The notes: generated from the letters alone by a model not told the origin. 63,391 bases of DNA, filler included, from Octopus bimaculoides (GCF_001194135.2; 7 parts of 7 records of this genome joined end to end with filler, not necessarily neighbours in it); one strand, 5' to 3'; numbered from the whole stretch's first letter, positions 10,936-24,822 are shown. Numbers and translations are program-made.

Positions 10936-13900
10936 CTGTTATAAGGTAGAGCGAGTCACGTCATTTTTCGTTCTTTGTAGTTTATTGGTTTTAAGCATGA
11001 GGGATTTAATATATTCTCTGTATAAAATTTCTATGTGGTAATTCTCAGTACGTTATTTTTTGTCGTTGTATCTTTAATACATATGGTAATTGTGACGTGA
11101 ATATTGTGGAAGAGTTGTATTTAACACAGTAAGTTTATTTTATGTTTTTGATATATTCATATTGTCGAATGTTTTGGTTGTTAGGTTTTTGGTGTTTTTG
11201 ATTGTTGCTGGTACATGATAACCTTTTCGAGAACGATTCAGAAATTCCCACTGAATATCACCAAAACACACTTGTCCATCGATAAGGAAAGCGACAACCC
11301 GTGTAAACAATAAAACAAATTCTCCCATGAATCTAAACCAAGTTTTCCAGATGTCGATTTTATTATAGTTACATACGTCCAACAAAATAATTATAGAGCT
11401 CCTAAAGCTAATATTCCATAAAACAAAAAACAATCTAATATTGAAAATTTGCTTAGGCAAAAGAAATTAAATTATCCAAATTAATTAATGTTATATTATG
11501 ATGCACAAGTTTCATTACAGTGAAAACTAATTACTTTGTTTTAAAAAATAACAGTCGTGAAACTACGTATTCAATGAAATGAAATTACTAGGTATATAAA
11601 TGCAGCATATGTATTTTGCATTACATAAAACAATATGTTTGTGTTGAATAATTTAACAATAAGGATATGCTCTTGCTACAAGAATTCGGTTCAGGGACAC
11701 GCATATGTGCATTATTAATAACTCTTAATTTTTACGCAGGCCCTCTGCTTGTGCGTCAGTAGTCAGACAGCTAACTCTTCAAATAATAATCATGTAAATA
11801 GCTGTCCCGAGACAGCAGCACTTTCTAACGTTAAAGGGAAACTGTCACATCAAAATACCATATGGATTTAATTAACATTTCAGTTGTATGTGACCTAAAT
11901 GTTTTACTTTCGCTTCATACACTTTTCCTGTTTTAATATCAAGCAGATTTTGATGCCAGGCAGATAGGACAAAACACGATAATAACTTAGCGAGTAAAAC
12001 CTGCAGTGTAGTTTCAATATCTGGTTACAAATAAATATCTGAAGATTACAACTGAGAAATCTTCGGTTTGCTATAAATATGATGACTAAAGGGTAAAGAA
12101 ATCGATAGAAAACAATATCAGAAAGGATTTCCTACGAAGGTTATCACTTCTTGGTTCTTCAGATGATGTCCAGATATTTCATTGACACATACCAGTTCGG
12201 CAAAATATCAGTAGAAAAATACAGACTGGTATGTATGCATGCATGCATGCATGTATGTATGTATGTATGTATGTATGTATGTATGTATGTATGTACGTAT
12301 GTATGTATGTATGTATGTATGTATGTATGTGTGTATGTATGTATGTCAGATCACATAGTGATCTTTCATGAGCGCTACTGCTAATATGTAATCCAGTACA
12401 ACTCCTGGCTTGATCGAGCCGTCGGTACCAAAACTGGCAACATTATCAAACAAGTATGGTAAGGAAGATTATTTAATTTAACATCCAGCAGGATGAAAAA
12501 GAGAATCTGTAAAATGATGGATAACTTAGTCGAGTCAATCGCTATTCAGTAGCAGGGTGCTGTGAGTAAGAGACCACTATTCTTTGGTGAGACAAATCTC
12601 CACGAGAAGGAAATACCGAAATTAGATCGCCTTTATTGCGTAGCAAGTGATCTTGATTTTACTTGTTTCGGAAATGCTTGGTTCTCTAAGTGATAGTCTT
12701 AGCTGTGCTGTACAAACTTTTATTGACTTGGGTATTACTAACAGCCATTGTCTTTAACGTCTAGGATAAGACAATTTGTCAGTGATGGTCATACTCGTCA
12801 GCGAGTTCGCAGCCATCATGTATGTATTTTCATATATATATATGTCCGTTCTATTTTACGTCTATCTCTCAGTTTAGGCTAAGGTAGTAGACTGTTGTCC
12901 TTGATGAACTACAGGAGGATCATCTCCTCCCAGATCTAGGAGGCTGAACTTTGAATTCATTAGTCGCGTAGGTAAGTCTTCGCCTATTTATGCAAAGGAT
13001 ATAGGTTACAGTGATGAACTTAAAATCTTCTGGAAGAGCGAGTGACAGGCTTCCAGAGAACGGAATATATCGCAGTTTCATTTCCTGCATAAAGAAAAGT
13101 TCTGTTTTTTGTCACTCAAGTATTTTGTCACTGAAATATTTCGTTTACCATTGGTAGTGTTTGCGTGGATAAGAAAAACAAACCAAGCACGCCGTGCAAC
13201 CATAACTAGATTGATAAATACGTTGATAAATTTCAAAAGATTGTCTTTTAACATAAGACTAAAAGAATGAATCATTGAGATAAAAATCTGAATTTCGGCT
13301 GTCATTATCAGCGAATAAATACAAAAAGTAAATCATCAATAAGGTTGCGAATAAATTAATAACCATGTAATTTGTTTGTAGGACAATAGAAATAAGCACT
13401 TTCAACGTGGGAAAATGACCACGCGTAAATTATGATATATTATACGTCGATGAAAGAAAGACGGACCTGTTAATCTAACTAATAAATATGTTTATTTTAA
13501 TGCTGACTTCTGAAATATCTATGATTATATGTAATAGATGTTTTGTAATTAAAATATATTTAGATGTACACACGTATTTAAATACTGAATACATAATGTA
13601 TTTAAATGCAACATAAGTTAGTGAAACGTGCACGATTCTCTCGATCCGTATTCTATATATTTTTTGTTAAACCTAGTAGCATATATCCACATCAAGTATG
13701 AAACAAAATATGATTTTGGTAAAATATTCCTTATCCGGAATAATGAAATTTTCTGAAATGACATATATGAATAATTCTGCGTGTTAGGGATTCATCTTCA
13801 GAAGAAAACATAAAAAAAAAAAGGATCTGCAATTCATTCATGCATAATGCAATGCTCTAATCATAAGTGAACAAAGTAGCACAGAACGTAAACGTGCGTA

Positions 13901-14690
13901 ACATACATGAAAGCATTTCTACTAAAAATGATATAGCTCATAATTTGTCAGGAAATCTCTGAAAATCATTGTATATATGTTAAATAAGTTTGGGCTCTAT
14001 TACATCGATGCTATCAAGCAAGAAAGACAAAAGAAAGAAAGGGTACTTGAAATGCGTAAAACACCATGAATGTTTTACGCATGTTTTGAAGATGTAAAAT
14101 AACTAAATAAATAAGCGTCCGAAATATCCATATGCTTGTCTCACACACACATATACATATATCCTCCATATATAACGGCACAAAATTAGGAGAACGCATG
14201 TCGAACAAATGTACACTTACGTATTTGAAGTATAACGTAGTGTTAAATACATCTCTATAAAATTGTATGACAATATATGCAAAAATAGGCACACATACTC
14301 ATTCCTGCACACAAATATCTATATATCGATATGTATGTATATACGTGTGCGTATATGGTATATGTGTAATCATGTCACAGGGTAATACGCACATATATGC
14401 AAAAAACAAAAATACACATACACTAAAATATATACATGTGTGAGCGTAATCAAATGAACAATAACAGACGATAGATAATTATCAGCTCATTACAGCTGTT
14501 TCTTACGCATTTTGTAAAAGGAAAACGAGAACATTACTCCATTACAAAACCGCGTAATCATCAAATGAAACTTAATTTTACAAAGAATAGAATATTCCAA
14601 GATTGCAGAAGACTACCAAGACTAATTATGAAAACAACAGGTTTTTCCAACCTGGTGCATATCTTTTCAAGTACCTTCTATCTGAATCCT

Positions 14691-14783
<93 letters not shown>

Positions 14784-15144
14784 NNNNNNNNNNNNNNNNN
14801 NNNNNNNNNNNNNNNNNNNNNNNNNNNNNNNNNNNNNNNNNNNNNNNNNNNNNNNNNNNNNNNNNNNNNNNNNNNNNNNNNNNNNNNNNNNNNNNNNNNN
14901 NNNNNNNNNNNNNNNNNNNNNNNNNNNNNNNNNNNNNNNNNNNNNNNNNNNNNNNNNNNNNNNNNNNNNNNNNNNNNNNNNNNNNNNNNNNNNNNNNNNN
15001 NNNNNNNNNNNNNNNNNNNNNNNNNNNNNNNNNNNNNNNNNATATATAGATGTCTGGCATTTTTATATATTTCAGCGAAATTATTAAAAGAAATTATAGA
15101 AAAGGGACTCGTGAAATAAATCTAAAACAGTTATGAGTTGGGAA

Positions 15145-15359
15145 GACAGTGAGCTGGCAGAATCGTAAGCACGTCGGGAGAAATGCCTAGCAATATTTCG
15201 TCCGTTTTTACGTTCGGATTTCAAATTCCACCGAGATCGACTTTGCATTTCATCCTTTTGATGTCGATAAATTAAATACCAGTTACGTACTGGGGTCAAT
15301 CTAATCGACTGGCCCCGTCACCAAAAATGTCAGGGCTTGTACCTAGAGTAGAAAAGAAT
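15145..15359 (+). mobile_element. SINE family B (tRNA-derived, Meta-like central domain)
   Basis: gagctggcagaa head; central gcctttcatcctttcggggtcgataaattaa.taccag..tactggggtc resembles the MetaSINE domain; tail tagagtagaaaagaat. Confidence 0.85.
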
Positions 15360-15537
15360 CGTAATATGTCCGGCAAAATGATTTACTGTCTGAGTTAAAA
15401 TTCCATCGAGATCGATTATTCCTTTCATTGTTTAGGGTTTCATAAGTGCCAGTTTAAACTAGGGTCAATGATAATGACTCCCACTTCCCCAAATTGTTTG
15501 TCTTGTGCCCACATTTGAAATCAATCATTTCAGAGAG

Positions 15538-15982
15538 TGACGGTGGTGAGCTGGCCGAATCTTTAACACGCTGGAGAAATTGCTTAACGGCATTTCATTA
15601 GACTTTACGTTCTAAGATCAAATTCAACCAAGGTCGACTTTGTCTTTCATCTTTTTGGGGTCATTAAAATAAATTCCAGTTGAGAACTGGGGTCGATGTA
15701 CGCGGCTTAGCCGTTTTCCTGGAGATCGAGGGTCACTTGTGCCAAAATTTGAAATCAAGAATTAAAGAGGTGAGAAGGTGGTTACATAGCACGACGGACA
15801 AAATATTTTGCGGCGTTTCTTTCGGCTTTAGATTCTGTGTTCGAATACCTTCAAGTTGACTTGACTTTTTATTTTTTCAGAGCCGATGAAATAAATGCCA
15901 GTTGAATATCAGAGTCGATGTAATCTTCTATCCATTTCGCACCCAAATCGCAGGCCTTGTGTCGATAGTAGAAAGAATAATT
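15538..15982 (+). mobile_element. Two further degenerate family B SINE copies
   Basis: Same head and central motifs at ~15538-15720 and ~15770-15982. Confidence 0.7.
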
Positions 15983-16692
15983 TTGAGGGCAGAAAGAATT
16001 GGAGAACTAAAGAAAGGTTTTTATGTAGCATAGTCATTCAACATATATGACAGTAAACATCATAGTCAAATATATCGCATAAATCATAGTAATTTTTGCG
16101 TTATTACTTTACCAATTTTAGGAAAGTAGCCCAGCATGGCCTTATTCTACTCGGTCTAATGTGTGAAAACAATAACAGAGTAAGCAAGGAAACAAATGGT
16201 TGAGAAGGACATTTCAGTATGTATGATTTATGATGGCTATCTAAATGACAATTAGACATTTCACTTATATAAAGATTTCTCCTATGTGTATTTTGTAATT
16301 AGGTTTTCTTGTTGTTTGTCCTCAAGTAATTCTTAATCTAGCAGATCTGCAGTGTCCAATATCTCCTTCTTTTTCTATAAGGATAGAATATCCCGTGAGG
16401 AAGTTTTGGTTAGTATTTATAAGAGGTCGAGAAAAAGAACAGTCGAACTTCCTCTATACCTTTGTATATTATTTTAGTAAAATCGTTGCAAACAAGACAT
16501 TTGTGTTTTTGACATAAAACATCTAAGAGTAATTACTGAAGGTGCCTTGATTTTTATGTGTGATTCAAGTGGGTGGACAAATAGAGGCACCCCTGGTACA
16601 CGATATTATTGCCTGCGATAGCTTAGAAAATAAGACGACGTATATCTCTCGACTCGTCAAGGTGATGATATATCATTGTCGGGCGAACAAAC

Positions 16693-16860
16693 CTGATTGA
16701 ACATAACAGATATTAAGAGGCAAAGAACAAACGTCGAAGATCCAACGAGCGATTCGCATTTTTCCGTTCTCCACGAACGACATATGCTCCTTGTTCTATT
16801 ATTCCGTTTTTGGCCTGAATATCCATTTGAGACATCAGTATCCTGTGCATCCATCAGCAT
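16693..16860 (-). CDS. Putative first coding exon (N-terminal leader with hydrophobic signal-like end), possibly of the iGluR-like locus
   Basis: Open 56-codon frame MLMDAQD...SSTFVLCLLISVMFNQ ending at a CAG|GTTTGT donor. The assignment is positional only, and its phase 0 end does not directly match the 10935 exon. Confidence 0.35.
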
Positions 16861-16929
16861 GAAGTGGCTCAGTCGCTGACTACAGATCTATACTCGGATA
16901 CGAGTTATCACCTGTTAAAACGATAAATA

Positions 16930-16985
<56 letters not shown>

Positions 16986-16999
16986 AATATATTTTGACG

Positions 17000-17200
17000 T
17001 ATAATAGAGCAGGTGAAAGTGACGTAGTTTAGCAGGTGGCCAGTTGTGATTGAAGTGACTTGAAAATATTCCAGTTACGACTATCCTGTCTTTTAATATA
17101 TCTTTAGGTTGGTTGTGGGATTAAAAGTCATTAAGCTGCAATATCTAGTTGAATGTGTACCCGCGTAGACACTCCTACGTGTGCGCTCCGTACGATAAAC
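17000..17200 (-). promoter_or_regulatory. Possible proximal promoter of the 16860 exon
   Basis: Two CAGGTG E-boxes, a TGACGT half-site and locally CpG-rich sequence upstream of a (GT)n tract. Motifs only. Confidence 0.2.
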
Positions 17201-18199
17201 TTATCTTAAATTATAATGTTTTTTTTCTTTTAAATATTTTTACATAATTGCATTTTTTTCAGTTAACCCTACAATATTTTCGCTGGCACTCTGTCACTTT
17301 AATAGTCGTGAACTATTATATAATGATGTAAATATATTTGTCTTCTGGCCATCTGGCAACACAATTAACAACAATACCTCACACAGTAAGTAGCATTTAG
17401 TTGTACCTGCTGCCTCCGTGCTATTCAATGACTCATGGATAACTTAAACATAAAAATTAAAACGATGCAAACATTAATGAGTGTAATGAGTCATGGAACA
17501 ACTAATTATTCGAAGGAAATATGACACTTGTGGGAAAGTAATCAAAATTGCCCAAACCATGGTTTTGAACGGATATTTTCATTTCAAATTACTGAGTTAT
17601 TTTGAATATTATTATAAATATTGTTCTTTGAAACATTTGTTTTTTCAATTTTCGCATGCTACCAGCAAAATGTGACAAAATGTATCGTAATTAAATTCAG
17701 TAATTCACATAAACTGAATCAGTCGACTGGTATGAGAATTTCAAGAAGTTCATAAGTAATTTTACCAACTTAGTGGAGATAATGATGTCGATTTATGAAA
17801 CATACACACATTAAGTAGTAGGGAGATGATCATTATTAAATTCTACAGTTAGGTAATAACAATAAAAAAGATACAATTTAAAATATACAATTTAAGATGA
17901 AGTCTCTTGGCGAAACTTCTTAAGTGAGGAACGAAAATAATTAACCTTGTGAGGCACAAATATTTATTATTATAATCGACTCCGATATCAATATGTGGTA
18001 AAATGAAGTTTGACTGCGCCAGTTACTTCATCATTAGAAAACATAGGAATGAATTTTCGGATGCGTCGCTGGAGAATCTGGTGGCAAGTAATAAATTTGC
18101 TGCATATTTATACAACTGTGCACCTTCTTTAATTACATATTTGCTGGAATCGCTCATCGCTTCGGTATATGAACGTTCAATAAGTTACAACTACACAAT

Positions 18200-18670
18200 A
18201 TTCTCAGATGGTTTGCCTTTTCATCTAACGTGGCGATTCAGGCCTATACGTGATTTGCGGACCCAGTTGCAAAAGTTGTAGAAGTGGTCTCTGTCATTCT
18301 AGGGGTAAATCTAACATGGCTTTAAGCTGAGATCCTTTCTTACCCAGGATGTTGATACTGGCCTCCTTAATATCGGAGAAGACTTGGTAGCAGGAGATTC
18401 TCAATTGGACTCTATTCAGTACTCTGATTCCTGAGGTTTATCATGCAGTTGTTGAAGCAGATATTTAGAGGGTCTGCATAATGGATCCTGGAACCAACCT
18501 AACCAGAGAAAGTTTTAGGTAGGTGGTTGTTTTCCATGAGTACGACATAGCCAGAAAATCTTAGCTCCACATGAAGGGGCTCTCACATCTTGCAAGATAT
18601 TCTAGGCATCGAGAGTTTCCTTATCAAGGCGCACCTGGCCGTGTGGTACGCATGGAAGTGACTCGCCTAC
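18200..18670 (-). mobile_element. RTE (BovB-like) LINE 3' fragment
   Basis: ...RVQLRISCYQVFSDIKEASINI... and the terminal FCNWVRKSRIGLNRHVR ~ RTE C-terminal CxxCxRxxxSRIGLxSHxR motif. Confidence 0.65.
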
Positions 18671-19667
18671 CAAAACAAGAGAACAAATGTATTGCAATTT
18701 CGAAACACGATTGTTAACACCCAAATTCTTTCCCCTCAGACATGGTTGCTTTATAAACTGTCGTAGTCGACCATGCTAAATATTGTATAATGAAACTGTA
18801 CACCACTCCCAGTAAAAAGTGGTAGTAGCCTGCCATTGTAAATAGATCAGTAGCGTGTCGACAGGAAGGTCGAGAGTAGACTGGGTTGATAGTCGTGCCT
18901 GTGCTGATATAATAATTATACCATGATACTTAGAGGACGGTATATCGATTCCACCATTTGAGAGTACTTACACTGTACGACTGGGGTCGTACAGTGCCAG
19001 ATAGAACTATTCTATCGACGACTTCGGAATATAACAGTATCTGTCAGAGCGACAACTGTCGTCAAAATACAGATACAACAGTGGGAAAAGACAGCTTTAC
19101 AACACTAAAGTTAGTCTCCCGCAAACTCTCACAAATCACTCTTAAATCAACACAATACTGAACATTATAGTTTCTTGCATACAGCGAGAATACCATGACT
19201 GGAGACCCTGTCATATCAAGTGTTTTAGCGATTAGATCCGGGACTACATGCCAACTACAAAATTTAGTTCGACTCAACTGCAAAAAGATTGTGCACCCAT
19301 ACCCGATAAGCTGGATTTAGCAGCTAAATTCCATTCATATCACACCAGATATTTTTACATTCGGAAAAGACAGATTGGAAAATCTAGTTTTACAAACAGA
19401 AACAGACGAGATGATACACCCCGCTCCACACACACACACACTCTCGTGCTTACACACTCGTAGACATACAGTCAACACCCATTAGTGCCTGAAAAGGATG
19501 ATGTAGAACAACATCTACCTTTACAAGCAAAACAAGGAATTCTATATGCGTGCGTGTTTGAGTGTACGTGTGTATGTGCATATGTGTGTGTATGTATATG
19601 TGTCTGTGTATATGTATACATGCATGTCTGTATATTATCTCCTCTGTTAATATATCAAGTTACTTGA

Positions 19668-19944
19668 AGGCGATGAGCTGGCAGAAACGCTAGCACGCCG
19701 GGTAAAATGCTTAGCGGTATTTCGTCTGTCTTTATGTTCTGAGTTCAAATTCCGCCGAGGTCGACTTTGCCTTTCATCCTNNNNNNNNNNTTTATGTTCT
19801 GAGTTCAAATTCCGCCGAGGTCGACTTTGCCTTTCATCCTTTCGTGGTCGATAAATTAAGTATCAGTTGCGTACTGGGGTCGATCTAATCGACTGGCTTC
19901 CCTCCCCCCAAATTTCGGGCCTTTTGCCTAGAATAGAAAAGAAT
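19668..19944 (+). mobile_element. SINE family B, young copy (50-bp artefactual duplication across the 10-N gap)
   Basis: Near-consensus sequence; 19731-19780 is repeated identically at 19791-19840. Confidence 0.9.
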
Positions 19945-20269
19945 GTATGAAGTTATTTGTCCTCTTCTCTTTAGTAAAACCAGACTTTTCTAATGCTTTG
20001 CTAACATTGGAGAATTGTTAATTATTTCACATTAACATACCGTTTTATGCAGTTGTAGTTTCGTCTTAATTTTTATTTGAAAGAGCCTTGGAGCGAAGAT
20101 AATTTCAGTATGTCACATACACATACATATAAGCGTAGACGTAGAAGTTTGGTTAAAAGATGCTGCCCAACCATATGCTTCCTGTTTCAGTCCCACTACA
20201 TAACACTTTGGGCATGTGCCTTCTGTAATAACATCGAGCCGTCCAAACCAGTGTGAGCGGATACACACA

Positions 20270-20328
<59 letters not shown>

Positions 20329-20344
20329 ACACACACACACACAT

Positions 20345-20880
20345 ATGATGGCCGTCCACTCGTGATCATTTAAGACCATTGCTGATCTTTAGGAACATTG
20401 TGCGCTTTAAGACTAATTTATATTTTTGTATTTGTGGCTCTGTTGGTGGCTAGTGGGCCCTGCTCTTGACAAGCATACACAACTGCAAACATTGCAGACC
20501 AAGCTTTCCCCTTTCACTACGCTAGCAGTGTACTTTGGAGCAGCATGCTTAATTTCTTCATGAAGAATATGTGCTTTTTCATAGGTGTCGACCCCCTCCT
20601 TAACATACTTCCTTCATTTAGGAGTTCCGAGAAGTGGTCAATCTATCGACCTGTGATTTCTGCTAATTTAGTAAATAGAATAGAAGACTCCTTGGAATGA
20701 AAAGGAGTTGATGCAGAAGCCTTAGGCCCATAAAGTTGCTTCATAAAATGGTAAAGGTTCTTGCTGTCATTTCCCTGAATGCACACTGAGCTGGGGGGGG
20801 GGGGGTGCCTGTCTCCCCCTCGCAAATATAAGCACACAGGAAATGTGTCAAGGCCGACAGGAAGCGGTCCAGCTTCCTTA
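20345..20880 (-). mobile_element. RTE (BovB-like) LINE fragment, EN-RT linker plus probable 3' end
   Basis: IQGNDSKNLYHFMKQLYGPKASASTPFHSKESSILFTKLAEITGR*IDHFSELLN ~ RTE ...KKFYDALKTVYGPKSSGTTPLLSADGSTLLTDK..ILKRWAEHFNSVLN. Confidence 0.75.
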
Positions 20881-21182
20881 GGCTAAATAGCAGCAGTATG
20901 ATTCCTTTATTGGGACTGTCACATTGTGTTGACAGTATACAACTGCTTTATCATAACACTGCTGCTTAATTCTCTCTGTGAGATTTATAATTAGATCATT
21001 TCTAATTTATATATATATATATNNNNNNNNNNNNNNNNNNNNNNNNNNNNNNNNNNNNNNNNNNNNTTAATTAATTAANNNNNNNNNNNNNNNNNNNNNN
21101 NNNNNNNNNNNNNNNNNNNNNNATATAACGTTGACCACTAACGTGGACATTCAATGTGCTATATATATATATATATATATGC

Positions 21183-21325
21183 GATGGGGTTCTTCCGGTT
21201 TACATCTACCAAATCAACTCACAAGGCTTTGGTCGGGCTGAGGTTATAGTAGAAGACACTAGCCCAAGGTGGCTAGTGTCTTCTTCATGTTGTTAGGAAG
21301 CAAGCTACTTATCACACAGCAACCA
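21183..21325 (-). mobile_element. SINE family A 5' part
   Basis: Reverse complement of the family A head. Confidence 0.75.
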
Positions 21326-21772
21326 TTTACCTTCTTGAAAGTTTTTGTTTAAATGATGGAGATTTCTCAGTATAACGAGCGACCAGGTAGAGATATCTTG
21401 GTTTCGTCGATGACATTGTTGTTATTATTGTTGTCATTGAGCCAAACTAGAACCTAATCGAAGGAAAGAAGCTCACCACTATTCCAACAGCATCTACAGT
21501 AATTTTGCGTTTTCAAACGGTATGGTGTGACAGAAAATTAAACCAAATTTGACCACTACATCTTGCAGGTCAAACAAATAAGTAGAGGCTCCCTCTTTTA
21601 CTCATAGACATCATTATTGTTCTGGGTGAGATATGGGGCAATTCCTGTTGCGCTGGACAAAATATGGCATGTAAAGACATCCATTTATCTTTTGACATTA
21701 GACACTGCTAATGACTTGACATTTTACTTTGAAAACAAATTCTGGGCGCTAGCTGGTGCAATTACTTGGATA

Positions 21773-21835
<63 letters not shown>

Positions 21836-22258
21836 CCTATCTATCTACATAAATAAATAAAATTTGCCTTTATCCTTGTAAATTATAAACGATGTCCTCA
21901 TAAATTTAATTCCTTAATTCCCAATGAGCCACAGGTGAAATAGAATATATTTTGTCGGACTAACGACTATGAATTAAATAGTTTTATACAAACACGCACT
22001 CACATACACACACATATTGTAGGCATGAGCGTGTGGTTGACATGCTCGTTCACCAATACGTGGCTTCAGATGCCACGTATATATATATATATACTTCGCT
22101 AAAAACGTGAGTAATATCCGTCATAGCCAATGCATTATCTCACCTGCTTGAAAACTTACTTATTTAAAATTTTTACCTGAAAATTAGATGCGGATTTTCT
22201 CTTTGTTATGGTTCTGTAAATTTTCCCGTTTCTTGTATATTTGTAAAATTTTTGAAAT

Positions 22259-22303
<45 letters not shown>

Positions 22304-22333
22304 CGTGTGTGTGTGTGTGCGTGTGTCTGTATG

Positions 22334-22367
<34 letters not shown>

Positions 22368-22830
22368 TGTACGTAAGTACATTTTTAACATGCGTGTGAA
22401 CTCGCGCACGTGTGTTTGTATCTATGTGGCTTTGTGCTTGTGTTTGTGTCTGCCATCGCTAGACAACCTGTCTCGGTTTCTGTATATCTCCGTGACGTAA
22501 CAGTTTGAGAAAAGAGATCGATAGCCTGAGCAACAGACTTTCAAAAGATAAGTACTGAGATGGGGGGGGGGGATTCGTTTGATTAAATTCTTGCAAAAGC
22601 AAACAAAAGATTGAACAATGTCTGTGTGTGTGTGTGATGTAGATGATGTCTATCCTTCACCAATGTGCGTATATCATATTCTTTCGAAATATGTTGAAAG
22701 AAATAACGATATGTTCTTTAATATTCCTCTTGTTTTCTGTGATTCCATTCTGATCATATTTGCTGACCATCTCTACCACATATTTGTATTTTACTCCGTT
22801 ACATAGTACTCTGAATATATTCCTGTACAG

Positions 22831-23043
22831 AGCGGCGAGCTGGCAGAAACGTTAGCACCCCGGGCGAAATGCTTAACGGTATTTAGTCTATTTATTTTCC
22901 GAGTTCAAATTCCGCTGAGGTCGACTTTGCCTTTTATTCTTTCGGGGTCGATAAATGTTATAACAGTTGTGTACTGGAGTCGACCTAATCAACTGGCCTC
23001 CTCCCCCAAAATTTCGGGCCTAGTGCCTAGAGTAGATAAGAAT
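22831..23043 (+). mobile_element. SINE family B full-length
   Basis: Head, Meta-like core and tagagtagataagaat tail. Confidence 0.9.
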
Positions 23044-23682
23044 ATATAACGGCACTAATGTTATTGATTTCTATTAATCGAATTAGTGAATTCACCTTTT
23101 GAGTAACGTCACATATTATAATGTTCTGAGTTCAAATTCACTCGGCATCGACTTCCATCTTTGAAGTGGTGTATAATAATGGATAAACCAGCGGCTATGT
23201 CTAGGTGCCAGAATTTGTAAGTTATATAATGTTGCTATATAGCACCTTCCTCGCACACAAGGAAAACTCGTTCGGTGTGACGTCATACGCACCGAAACGT
23301 GTAAGGCATATGTGACATTTAGGCTGACGTCAGGTATAGATAACTGCGTTGCTCTGGAAAGTGTCCGTGTGTGGTGTATGCGTTACTCAGTGAAAATGCA
23401 TCTAAAGTTTGTATGTGTCTAAGTACACATGTGTGCATGTGTGTGTATGCATTCATTTGTGTATGCATGTACGTACGTATATGCATGTATGTGTATATGA
23501 AAACTTGTAATCGTCGAAAGGTGTACATAAATTTTCATACGCATACGAATGCACACACAGAAGCTAGGTTATATACGCAATAACAGTCACACACATAAAT
23601 CAGCAGTAGTAGCAGTAGCAGTAAGTAGTAGTAGTAGTAGTCGTAGTAATACTACTACTACTACTAATAATAATAATAATAA

Positions 23683-23899
23683 TCCTCTCTACTATAGACG
23701 CAAGGCCTGAAATTTTGGGGGAGAGGGCTAGTCAATTACATCAACCCCTGTACCCATCTGGTACTTATTCTATCGATCACGAAAGGATGAAAGGCAAAGT
23801 CGACCTCGGCAGAATTTGAACTCAACGTGAAGATGGATGAAATACCGCTAAGCATTTCGCCCGGCCTGCGTGTTAACAATCCTGCCAGCTCGCCGCCTT
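23683..23899 (-). mobile_element. SINE family B full-length, flanked by (AAT)n tracts
   Basis: Reverse complement of the family B consensus. Confidence 0.85.
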
Positions 23900-23921
23900 A
23901 ATAATAACAATAATAATAATG

Positions 23922-23976
<55 letters not shown>

Positions 23977-24520
23977 TGATGATGCCTTCTCGCTGCCCTT
24001 TATAAGGGTTTCTAATTCACGCACAAGGCCATAAATTTTCGTAGGGGAGGGCATTTGTTGTTACTACTCNNNNNNNNNNNNNNNNNNNNNNNNNNNNNNN
24101 NNNNNNNNNNNNNNNNNNNNNNNNNNNNNNNNNNNNNNNNNNNNNNNNNNNNNNNNNNNNNNNNNNNNNNNNNNNNNNNNNNNNNNNNNNNNNNNNNNNN
24201 NNNNNNNNNNNNNNNNNNNNNNNNNNNNNNNNNNNNNNNNNNNNNNNNNNNNNNNNNNNNNNNNNNNNNNNNNNNNNNNNNNNNNNNNNNNNNNNNNNNN
24301 NNNNNNNNNNNNNNNNNNNNNNNNNNNNNNNNNNNNNNNNNNNNNNNNNNNNNNNNNNNNNNNNNNNNNNNNNNNNNNNNNNNNNNNNNNNNNNNNNNNN
24401 NNNNNNNNNNNNNNNNNNNNNNNNNNNNNNNNNNNNNNNNNNNNNNNNNNNNNNNNNNNNNNNNNNNNNNNNNNNNNNNNNNNNNNNNNNNNNNNNNNNN
24501 NNNNNNNNNNNNNNNNNNNN

Positions 24521-24780
24521 TAGTAGGTGCCTTAGGTATAATAAACAAATATTCAGACAAATACATAACAAAAATAGCAGGACTTACAAATATATATAAC
24601 ATACAGAAAATTGCACTACTGGGTACTGCACACATTCTACGCAAAACACTTTCAATACAGTAAACATAAGAGCACCACAGCAAACCACAGCACATACCCA
24701 AGGCGCACAGAGCTGCGCTCGGTTGTGAAGTGAAAGCATGTTATAAAAATAAAACTACTGAATAATAATAATAATAATAA
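24521..24780 (+). mobile_element. R4/Dong-clade (RLE) non-LTR retrotransposon 3' end with (TAA)n tail
   Basis: VGALGIINKYSDKYITKIAGLTNIYNIQKIALLGTAHILRKTL* matches the R4/Dong C-terminal VIGALG...LQKAxLLGTARILRKVL pattern, followed by a 3' UTR and taa repeats. Confidence 0.85.
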
Positions 24781-24788
24781 TCATGTTC

Positions 24789-24822
<34 letters not shown>

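Noticed and set aside
14470-14520. GAAACAGCTGTA stem-III-like hammerhead half on the minus strand
   Set aside because: No CUGANGA core upstream.
19731-19840. Perfect 50-bp tandem duplication in a SINE
   Set aside because: Identical copies flank a 10-N gap: unmerged contig overlap.
23270-23305. ggtg...cacc-GAAACGT hairpin resembling hammerhead stem II plus GAAAC
   Set aside because: The CUGANGA core is absent.
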